Positions 17,156 through 24,332 of a stretch of DNA of 27,625 nucleotides are shown piece after piece. The notes under the pieces are model-generated. The model searched no databases and was not told where the DNA came from. It saw only the letters and a list, made by a program, of their open reading frames with translations. The position numbers were made by a program, and so were the translations under genes. Origin of the DNA: Gaiellaceae bacterium (GTDB lineage Bacteria > Actinomycetota > Thermoleophilia > Gaiellales > Gaiellaceae); NCBI GenBank assembly GCA_050698195.1, contig JBOHBD010000309.1:1-27625 (forward strand), written 5' to 3'. Each line of letters opens with the position of its first letter. Within the stretch, counting starts at the first letter, position 1.

Positions 17156-18021
17156 CCCCTCCAATACGTCCGGAACCCGCGCCAGAGACCGACCGGCAGC
17201 CCGCTGGGGATGCCTCGACGCGGGTCAGTCCATCGTGCTCGGCGCTTCACCAGCGCTGCGGCAAGCCCCCGGACAGCCCAGTAGACGTCGCGGACGAGCC
17301 AGCGAATCATCGTCACGTCTCCGGTTCGAAGGTGTTTCGCATAGAAGAAGCCTTGGCCGCGAGCGTAGGCGACGTACATCTCCTCGAGCTGTTTTGGCTC
17401 TCGCCAGTCGTGGTGCCAGACGACGAGCGACGGCTCGTAACGCAGTGTGTGGCCCGCTTTCAGCCAGCGGTAGCAGAACTCGTTGTCCTCGGCGGCTTCC
17501 TGGGGCCCGAACCGCTCGTCGAACCCTTGTAACTCGAGGACGAGCGACCGGCCGAGGGCCATGTTGTTCGGGAACAGCGCGCCGCCGTGGACGAGGCCTG
17601 TGAAGTCGTAGCGCTCCGTCTCTGTCTTGGTGGACGGTACGGCGCGCGGATCTCCGACCGGCAGCACCTGGCCCGTCACGATCTTGCGCGTGTCCGACGC
17701 CATCAGCTCCCAGCCCCGTCCGACCCAGTCGCCTGCGACCGTGCAGTCGTCGTCGGTCACGAGCACGATCTCGTTCGCCGCCTCTCGGATGCCTACGTTT
17801 CTGCCTCGGCTTACACCCCGACCGTTGCAAGGAACGAGCCGTGCCCTCGAGGAGGAGAAGCGGCTCACGAGCTCGGCCACGGCTGAATCACCGCTCTGGT
17901 CGACGATCAGGATCTCGGCTGCGCCCGGGACACATGACGTAACCGCCTCCAGGCACTGCTGAAGCGATTCCACGCGCCCGAGTGTGGGCACGACGACGGA
18001 CGCTGGCACGGTGTCAGGCAA
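17152..18021 (-). CDS. Glycosyltransferase family 2
   Basis: SVVVPTLGR, ILIVDQS, GRNVGI, VTDDDC and GFDERFG...AEDNEF. Confidence 0.92.
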   Translation of the reverse strand: MPDTVPASVVVPTLGRVESLQQCLEAVTSCVPGAAEILIVDQSGDSAVAELVSRFSSSRARLVPCNGRGVSRGRNVGIREAANEIVLVTDDDCTVAGDWVGRGWELMASDTRKIVTGQVLPVGDPRAVPSTKTETERYDFTGLVHGGALFPNNMALGRSLVLELQGFDERFGPQEAAEDNEFCYRWLKAGHTLRYEPSLVVWHHDWREPKQLEEMYVAYARGQGFFYAKHLRTGDVTMIRWLVRDVYWAVRGLAAALVKRRARWTDPRRGIPSGLPVGLWRGFRTYWRG

Positions 18022-18218
18022 CGCGTTCGCAGAGTAGTCGCCAGGCGACGGGGATCTCGTAGGCGATGCGAGTGCCGAGTGGGAGATAGGTCATCGAGGT
18101 GTCGTGAGCGGCGTGCGGAGAGGCTCGTGGCCCGGAGGACGATACTTCGGCCTGTGACGGGTCCTGCTTCCTGCACGAGCATCGTCCGGTGGGGCTCGGT
18201 CGACTGACCCCTGGCAGG

Positions 18219-19217
18219 ATGTCTCCGCGATCCGACCGCAGGGTGCTCGTCGCGCTTGCCCTCGGATTGCCAATCAGTGCCGTCTTCCTCTGGCTGGCGA
18301 TCCGAAACGCCGATCTGGCTCTCGTCCGGCGGATCCTGGAGGACGCGCGCCTTGGCTTCGTCGCCCTTGCGATCCTTGCGATCGCGGCCATGTACGGCTT
18401 GCAGGCCGTGCGCTGGCGGATGGTCGCCGCGTCGCCACAGGTGCGCCTCGCCCGCTTCTACGAGATGGTCGTGAGCGGGGTCGCGTGCAACAACGTGCTG
18501 CCCGCCCGGCTCGGCGACCTCCTTCGTGCGCGCTGGGTCGCGGTGGAGGCGCGGATGCCCTCGGGACGAGGGCTCGGGACGGTCGTGCTCGATCGCGGCT
18601 GCGACGTCGCCGCCCTGTTCGTGCTGCTGATCATCGGCCTCGCGGCTGTCGCGACCTCCGCCTGGCTCGTGCGCATCGCGGTCGGAGCCGCGGCCGTTCT
18701 CGCGGGGCTCGGCGCGGCCGTCCTCTTCTCCCGTGCCTACACGGGCAGGCGCGAGCGAGGACGTCGACAGCGCGGCCTGGTCCGCCGGGTGCTGCGCGAC
18801 ACCGCGGAGGCTCTCGCCGAGCCGATCGGCGGACGCCGCCCAGTCGCGTGGATCGCCTTGAGCCTCGGGGCGTGGACCGTGTGGGCCGTCGCCGCGATCT
18901 TCGTGGGGCGCTCGCTCGGCCTCGAGCTGAGCTTGCTGGACGCGGTGTTCGTCGCGGCCGTGATGAACCTGGGCGTGGCCATCCCGTCCTCGCCCGGGTT
19001 CGTCGGCACGTACGAGTGGCTGGGGGTCGCAGCGCTCGGGCTCCTCGGCATCGGTTCGGAGGAGGCGCTCGCCTTCTCGATCCTGCTCCACGCATGCTGG
19101 TACGTCCCGACGACGCTCGGAGGGGGGATCGCGCTCGGAACACGGGGGCTGGTTCGGATGCGTCGAGCCCGAACGGCCCGCGCCGCCGTTCGGACGATCA
19201 ACCCAGGCGACACCTGA
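18219..19217 (+). CDS. Lysylphosphatidylglycerol synthase TM-region (UPF0104) flippase-like membrane protein
   Basis: About 8 TM segments with AVRW, NNVLPARLGDLLR, LDR and IPSSPGFVGTYE motifs. Confidence 0.88.
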   Translation: MSPRSDRRVLVALALGLPISAVFLWLAIRNADLALVRRILEDARLGFVALAILAIAAMYGLQAVRWRMVAASPQVRLARFYEMVVSGVACNNVLPARLGDLLRARWVAVEARMPSGRGLGTVVLDRGCDVAALFVLLIIGLAAVATSAWLVRIAVGAAAVLAGLGAAVLFSRAYTGRRERGRRQRGLVRRVLRDTAEALAEPIGGRRPVAWIALSLGAWTVWAVAAIFVGRSLGLELSLLDAVFVAAVMNLGVAIPSSPGFVGTYEWLGVAALGLLGIGSEEALAFSILLHACWYVPTTLGGGIALGTRGLVRMRRARTARAAVRTINPGDT

Positions 19218-19908
19218 CGAGCGTCCGTAGGACGCGGAGCCCGTCGAGCGCCGTCAGCTTCTTTCCCTCCTGCCGCGTCCTCGCCCGGTACGTGATCGGA
19301 ACCTCGTAGATGCGTTCCCCGGCACGGAGGACGCGCGCGGCGATCTCGGGCTCGATCGCGAACCCGGGCTCCCGCAGGGACAGCGAGCGAAACAGCTCGG
19401 TCCGCATGGCCTTGTGGCAGGTCATGACGTCCGAGATGTAACAGTTGAAGAGCACGTTGGCCGCCAGCGTCACGGCCTTGTTGCCGACGACGTACCAGAA
19501 GCTGTAGGCGGTGTGGGACGCCCAGGCCCGAGTCCCGAAGACGACTCGGGCCTCTCCTGACAGGAGCGGGGCGAGAACGACGGCGAGGTCGCCGGCCGAG
19601 TACTCGAGATCCGCGTCGAGCACGGTGGCGAGCTCCCCCGTCGCGTGCGTGAGCGCCGTGCGAAGCGCGGCTCCCTTCCCCAGGTTTCGATCGTGCAGCA
19701 CGAGCTTCACCTCGTCAGGCCATGCGTGCTCGGCCAAGAGCTCGCGCGTCCCGTCGCTCGACCCGTCGTCGACGACGATCAGCTCTCGCCATCCGACGGG
19801 AAGCTCGGCGGCCAGCGCGTCGGCGATCGCGTCCGCAACCGTCGCGCGCTCGTTGTACACGGGCATCAGGATCGACAGCGAGGTCTGGCCGCGACTCAAG
19901 GCGAGCAT
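19198..19908 (-). CDS. DPM1-like GT2 (polyprenol-phosphate glycosyltransferase)
   Basis: LSILMPVYNE, VVDDGSSDGT, NLGKGAA, LDADLEY, VFGTR and EVPITYRAR...GKK. Confidence 0.92.
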   Translation of the reverse strand: MLALSRGQTSLSILMPVYNERATVADAIADALAAELPVGWRELIVVDDGSSDGTRELLAEHAWPDEVKLVLHDRNLGKGAALRTALTHATGELATVLDADLEYSAGDLAVVLAPLLSGEARVVFGTRAWASHTAYSFWYVVGNKAVTLAANVLFNCYISDVMTCHKAMRTELFRSLSLREPGFAIEPEIAARVLRAGERIYEVPITYRARTRQEGKKLTALDGLRVLRTLVRCRLG

Positions 19909-19923
19909 CCTCTCAGAACGTGT

Positions 19924-19939
19924 CGCCGGCGAGCCGGCG
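19924..19939 (-). terminator. GC hairpin just downstream of ybaB, possible U-less intrinsic terminator
   Basis: CGCCGG-CGAG-CCGGCG inverted repeat about 16 nt past the ybaB stop; no U-tract. Confidence 0.3.
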
Positions 19940-19955
19940 GCAATACGCGTCGGCG

Positions 19956-20288
19956 CTACCGGCCCCCGGGCAGCAGGCCGCCGAGGCCGCCGAGATCGCC
20001 CGGGATGAGCCCGGACATCTTCGACTCCATCAGCCCTCGCGCCGAGCGCAGCGCCTCGTTGACCGCCGCGAGGATCATGTCGGCGAGGAGCTCTGGGTCG
20101 TCCGGGTCGATCGCCCGCGGGTCGATCACGATCTCGACGATCTCGCCCGCGCCGTTCGCCTTGACGGTGACCATCCCGCCGCCGGCGGAGGCCTCGACGA
20201 TCTCGCTCGCCGCCTCCTCCTGCGCCTTGGCGAGCCCCTCCTGCATCTTCTGGGCCTCACGGAGCATCTTGTTCATGTCGAAGCTCAT
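19956..20288 (-). CDS. ybaB: YbaB/EbfC family nucleoid-associated protein
   Basis: MLREAQKMQ, VEASAGGGMVTV, IDPDDPELLADMILAAVNEAL. Directly downstream of dnaX with an ATGA overlap. Confidence 0.95.
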   Translation of the reverse strand: MSFDMNKMLREAQKMQEGLAKAQEEAASEIVEASAGGGMVTVKANGAGEIVEIVIDPRAIDPDDPELLADMILAAVNEALRSARGLMESKMSGLIPGDLGGLGGLLPGGR

Positions 20289-21883
20289 GGGTGTTCATCC
20301 ACCTCTCGTGCGTCGAAGGTCTCCTTGAGCGACGCGATCCAGTCTTCCTCCGACTTCGGCTCGTCGTGCTCGTCGGGTCCGCGCGGGTCGGCCTCGCCGG
20401 CCTCGAGCACGACGGCGAGCCGCCGCCCCGTGACCTCGTAGAGCGCATCTCGCAGCAGCCCGATGTTCTGCGGCTCGGAGATCTGCTGGCGATGGAAGTC
20501 GTTCCCGGCCGGGAACTCGACCGTGAGCGTGTCGCCTGCAAGCTCGGTCGGCGTCGCCTCTGCGAGCAGGCTCGCGACGGGGATCGAGCGCTCGCGGACG
20601 GACTCGACGATCGTCCGCTGCCAGGCGTCCGCAACCTGTTCCAGCTCCAGGTCCGGAAGCGTGGCTGCCTCGTCCACCTCGGGCGGGGGAGCCGGCGGTG
20701 CCGTCCCCTCGATCGGCGTCTCATTCCTCGCTGCGGAGGGCGCCCGGCCTTCGAGCAGCTCGACGCGGTGCGCGAGCGACTCGCGGGAGAGGTCCGCCTG
20801 CGGGCGCGTCACCTTGACGAGCGCGAGCTCGAGCGGGAGCCGCGGGTCACCCCCCTGCCGCATGTCCTCGACCGCAACGGCGAGGAGATCGATGAGGCGC
20901 AAGACCGTCGGCTCGGGAAGCTGGTTCGCCTGCTGGCGCAAGAGCTCCTTCGTCTCCTCGGTGACCGGCAGCGACTCGGGAACGTGGCCCATGTGCTGGA
21001 CCAGCAGCAGGTGGCGCAGGTGCTCGAGCAGGTCGTTCACGAGGCGGCCGAGGTCCTGCCCCTGCTCGGCGAGCTCCTCGATGAAGACGAGCGCCCCGGC
21101 CGTGTCGCGGTCGACGACCATGTCGCACAGCCGGAGAAGGGAATCCTCGTCCACGGCGCCGACGAGCTGGAGGACGGCCTGTGCGTCGACCGACCCGTTC
21201 GTCGCCGCGGCGAGCTGGTCGAGCGTCGACACGGCGTCGCGGAACGACCCGCGCGCGCTCCGCGCGATGAGCGAGAGCGCCGAGTCCTGCGCCTCGATCC
21301 TCTCTCCGTCGGCGACCTTGCGCAGCACCGACACGAGCTCGGGGAGACGCGGCCGCTGGAAGACGAACGTCTGGCAGCGCGAGCGGACGGTGGAGATCAC
21401 CTTGCCGAGGTCGGTCGTGCAGAAGACGAAGAGGAGGTGGGGCGGGGGCTCCTCGATGAGCTTGAGCAGGGCGTTCCACGCCGCGTCGGTGAGCTGGTGC
21501 GCCTCGTCGAGGATGTAGACCTTGTAGCGCCCCTCGACCGGCTGCAGGACGACGCGTTCCCGGATCTCGCGGACGTCGTCGATCCCGCGCTGCGACGCCG
21601 CATCCATCTCGACGACGTCGAGCGACGTGCCGTTGGCGATCGCGAGGCAGACCGGGCAGGTCTTGTCGGGGCTCGGCGTCGGCCCTTCGGTGCCGGCACA
21701 GTTGAGGGCTTTCGCGAGGATCCTGGCCATCGAGGTCTTGCCGGTGCCGCGGGGCCCCGCGAAGAGGTACGCCTGCCGCACCTGGTCGTGCTCGATCGCG
21801 TTGGTCAGCGTCCGGACGACCGCCTCCTGTCCGACCACCTCGTCGAAGCCTTGCGGCCGGTAGCGGCGATAGAGAGCGGTCAC
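20285..21883 (-). CDS. dnaX: DNA polymerase III subunit gamma/tau
   Basis: LYRRYRPQGFDEVVGQ, Walker A GPRGTGKT, EMDAAS, KVYILDEAHQL, NALLKLIEEPP, SRC and GSFRDA. Confidence 0.97.
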   Translation of the reverse strand: MTALYRRYRPQGFDEVVGQEAVVRTLTNAIEHDQVRQAYLFAGPRGTGKTSMARILAKALNCAGTEGPTPSPDKTCPVCLAIANGTSLDVVEMDAASQRGIDDVREIRERVVLQPVEGRYKVYILDEAHQLTDAAWNALLKLIEEPPPHLLFVFCTTDLGKVISTVRSRCQTFVFQRPRLPELVSVLRKVADGERIEAQDSALSLIARSARGSFRDAVSTLDQLAAATNGSVDAQAVLQLVGAVDEDSLLRLCDMVVDRDTAGALVFIEELAEQGQDLGRLVNDLLEHLRHLLLVQHMGHVPESLPVTEETKELLRQQANQLPEPTVLRLIDLLAVAVEDMRQGGDPRLPLELALVKVTRPQADLSRESLAHRVELLEGRAPSAARNETPIEGTAPPAPPPEVDEAATLPDLELEQVADAWQRTIVESVRERSIPVASLLAEATPTELAGDTLTVEFPAGNDFHRQQISEPQNIGLLRDALYEVTGRRLAVVLEAGEADPRGPDEHDEPKSEEDWIASLKETFDAREVDEHP

Positions 21884-22008
21884 CCCTCGGATTCAAGCAG
21901 GTGCGGTGCGAGCTCGGCTCGGAGTGAACGAGCTGTCACGATCCTGCGCGGAGCGACCTCCGGCAGCTTCCGTTTCAGGAGCACGACGCTGAGGCCGATG
22001 ACTCCCAC

Positions 22009-22950
22009 GTGGCCGCGATCCACGCTGACGTCGTCAGTCCCGAGCTCGTGCTCGTCGATCCCACGCTCTCCGTGCGCGAGCGCACCCGTCTCGCAGAGCC
22101 TGACACGCTCGCGCGGCTCCGTCGATCGTCTTCGACGAGCCGGGAGCCGCAGTCGGAGCCCGGCTCGCGGCCCGACGTCCTCTCGGATGGCGAGGACACG
22201 GTCGTCGCGGCGCTCCGGCGAATCACACAGAGTCAGCTCGAGCCCCACTTGTCACAACCCGCTCGGCCGAGTCGGCTCCTTCTCGCCCTGATCGGCGCGA
22301 TGGCGGCCCTGTGCGCGATCGGCGCCGCGATCGTCGATGCTCCGGTCGAACGGGTGGAGGCATCGCTCCGGACGTCGGCGGTCCAGGTGCCCCCGGCCCC
22401 GGAAGCCGGTGGCGATCCACAGCGGAGGAGCCGCGTCGCCGGCGTTCGCTCCCCCGGCATCGGAGCGTCCGTCGAAGCTCCGAAACGTGTCTCTCCCTCG
22501 AAGACCCGTGCGAGAGGCGCGGTCGAACGTGTCGTAGGCGACCGGTCGCTTTCGGCGCGCGTCTACCATCCGAGCGCGTCGCTCTCACTCTTTCCGCGGT
22601 TACGCCTTGCCTGGCCGGCGGTGGCGGAGGCAGACGGCTACCGCGTCGAGCTCTTCCGAGACGGGTCGCGGATATTCGTCACCGACACGAAGCGCAATCG
22701 GGTCGTCGTTCCGGCGACCTGGGAGCTGGGGCGATGGGAGTATCGCGTCGAGCAGGGCGACCGCCTGTACGTCTGGCCGGTCGTTCGCGGCGAGCGAACC
22801 TCCGAGGCGATCGTCGACGGGGAGCTCGCCGTGGCGTCCCGTAACGACCCGCAAGGGGCAAGAGCCCGGCCGCGCGTTCCGTCGTCGAGAGCGGCATCAC
22901 CGGAGGTACCTGCGTCGCCGGCTCGGATCGGGCGAGACCGCGGCACCTGA
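22009..22950 (+). CDS. Hypothetical single-pass membrane protein with a C-terminal beta-rich (Fn3/Ig-like) domain
   Basis: N-terminal SPELVLVDP segment, one TM helix (LLLALIGAMAALCAIGAAIV), a low-complexity linker, then LAWPAVAEADGYRVELFR...LYVWPV. Confidence 0.65.
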   Translation: MAAIHADVVSPELVLVDPTLSVRERTRLAEPDTLARLRRSSSTSREPQSEPGSRPDVLSDGEDTVVAALRRITQSQLEPHLSQPARPSRLLLALIGAMAALCAIGAAIVDAPVERVEASLRTSAVQVPPAPEAGGDPQRRSRVAGVRSPGIGASVEAPKRVSPSKTRARGAVERVVGDRSLSARVYHPSASLSLFPRLRLAWPAVAEADGYRVELFRDGSRIFVTDTKRNRVVVPATWELGRWEYRVEQGDRLYVWPVVRGERTSEAIVDGELAVASRNDPQGARARPRVPSSRAASPEVPASPARIGRDRGT

Positions 22951-23142
22951 GAGGGAGTCCTTAGCGCTGCTTCCTTCCGGACCTGACGCGGTTCGGACGC
23001 TCCCAGTGCGCGGGACCCGATCTGTCAACGCCGCGTGCGCAGACCCAATCCCGACGAACCGTCCCTCGGACGGCTTTCGGCCCCGCATGGAGCGGATTTC
23101 GGGTTCAGGGAACCGCTGACTCCCCACCTAGCGCGGCCGGGC
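22864..23142 (-). ncRNA. ffs: Signal recognition particle RNA, large bacterial type with Alu domain (about 279 nt)
   Basis: The minus strand has the helix-8 core GTCAGGTCCGGAAGGAAGCAGC and a 5' part (GCCGCGCTAGGTGGGGAGTCAGCGGTTCCCTG...AATCCGCT) resembling Bacillus scRNA. The 12-nt ends (22864-22875 and 23131-23142) are complementary, and the gene lies near dnaX. Confidence 0.95.
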
Positions 23143-23148
23143 ACGCGG

Positions 23149-23157
23149 AGCGTAGCA
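23149..23157 (-). promoter_or_regulatory. Extended -10 promoter of the SRP RNA (TGC-TACGCT)
   Basis: TGn plus TAnnnT, ending 7 nt before the predicted RNA 5' end at 23142. Confidence 0.65.
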
Positions 23158-23272
23158 GGGCGTCTAGCGCCAACTCGACACGCTCGCGAGCGCAACAGCG
23201 ATACCTCGACGTCATCGGGCCCCACCGGCAGTTCGTATCGCCGCTTTCCATGGGCGGGCTCGGTGTGTTCTC

Positions 23273-23303
23273 GGCAAACCGGCGACGGCAGCTCCCCGTA
23301 GGA
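23273..23303 (+). promoter_or_regulatory. Putative ECF-sigma promoter GGCAAAC-N17-CGTAGGA of the tandem CHRD gene
   Basis: AAC-type -35 and CGT-type -10. The same motif and spacing recur upstream of the CHRD-like lipoprotein gene. Confidence 0.6.
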
Positions 23304-23347
23304 GAGACCGAGGGCCAGATTCCAATCGAGATGTCTCAGGAGGCTCC

Positions 23348-24274
23348 ATGAGGAGACCCATTTTCGGCGTCGCGGCCTGCGGGCTCGTCCTGGCGTTCGT
23401 GGTCGCCGGCGCTGCCGGCGCGCGGACCCAGGCGGCGAGCGTCAAGCTCACCGCCGCGATGAGCTCCGGCCAGGAGGTCCCCCGGCCTACGGGCAACCTC
23501 GGCGCGGCGCGCGGCACCTTCACCGCAGCCGCACGGGCGTCGGGGACCGGCGCGGTCGTCACCTGGCGGCTCACGTTCCGCGGGCTGAGCGGTTCGGCCA
23601 CCGCGGCCCACATCCACGTTGCCCCTCGCGGCAAAGCGGGGCCGGTAGTGGTGCCGTTGTGCGGGCCCTGCCGGAGCGGGGCGAGCGGAAGGGAAACCGT
23701 CGACGCCTCGGTCCGCGCCGCTCTCGCGGCCGGACGCGCCTACGTCAACGTGCATACGGCTGCGAACGCAGCCGGCGAGATCCGGGGTCAGATCGCCGTG
23801 CTCGCTCGGATCAGAACGGCGCTCAACGCGAGGCAGGAGAGGCCGAGGCCGGAAGGAGCGGTGGGGCGCGCGCGAGCGGCGTTCGCAGCGACCGTGATGA
23901 CGTCGGGTTCGAGCGCTGTCGTCTCCTGGCGATTGACGTTCAGTCGCTTGACGGGACGGGCCGTCGCCGCCCACATCCATCTCGGCGCCCGCGGCAAGCC
24001 CGGTCGCGTCGTGGTCCCGCTGTGCGGACCGTGTAGGAGCGGCGTGCGCGGGAGGGCGAACGTGCGAGGTGCCGTTCTCCGCGCGCTCGAGCAAGGTCGT
24101 ACGTACGTGAACGTCCACACCGCCCGGAACCCGGCCGGCGAGGTCCGCGGCCAGATCGCGGCCGTCCCGCTGAGCCTCACGGGCGGCTCCGGCTCCGGCG
24201 GCGGATCGCCTCCGCCCCCGCCCCCGCCCCCGCCGACGCCGCCCTACCCGCCGCCGGGCGACCCGTACCCCTAG
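23348..24274 (+). CDS. Secreted tandem CHRD-domain protein with a Gly/Pro-rich tail
   Basis: AGGAGG RBS and a signal peptide, then two repeats with AAHIH, VVVPLCGPC and YVNVHT-x-x-N-x-AGE(I/V)RGQI, ending in a P9 tract. Confidence 0.92.
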   Translation: MRRPIFGVAACGLVLAFVVAGAAGARTQAASVKLTAAMSSGQEVPRPTGNLGAARGTFTAAARASGTGAVVTWRLTFRGLSGSATAAHIHVAPRGKAGPVVVPLCGPCRSGASGRETVDASVRAALAAGRAYVNVHTAANAAGEIRGQIAVLARIRTALNARQERPRPEGAVGRARAAFAATVMTSGSSAVVSWRLTFSRLTGRAVAAHIHLGARGKPGRVVVPLCGPCRSGVRGRANVRGAVLRALEQGRTYVNVHTARNPAGEVRGQIAAVPLSLTGGSGSGGGSPPPPPPPPPTPPYPPPGDPYP

Positions 24275-24302
24275 TCCTCCGCGGGACGCCACTAGACGAG
24301 CG
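24131..24302 (+). repeat. Direct repeat copy 1 (3' end of the CHRD gene plus about 28 nt downstream)
   Basis: Aligns by eye with 25383..25526. Confidence 0.9.
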
Positions 24303-24328
24303 CCCGGTACTCCACGCCGGGCGCTCGT
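24296..24328. terminator. 12-bp perfect hairpin between the convergent CHRD and nitronate monooxygenase genes, likely a bidirectional terminator
   Basis: ACGAGCGCCCGG, a 9-nt loop, then CCGGGCGCTCGT; no U-tract. Confidence 0.6.
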
Positions 24329-24332
24329 GGCG

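Noticed and set aside
20285..21883. Programmed frameshift or slippage in dnaX producing gamma
   Set aside because: No A-AAA-AAG heptamer or long A run seen in the coding strand.
20291..22291. 666-aa plus-strand ORF
   Set aside because: Antisense shadow of dnaX, typical of high-GC codon bias; no recognisable motifs.
23271..23340. GGCAAACC as a c-di-GMP-I (GEMM) riboswitch, also at 26192-26199
   Set aside because: The following GAAA-tetraloop stem and GCAAAGC/P2 elements are missing; a promoter explains the two-box spacing better.
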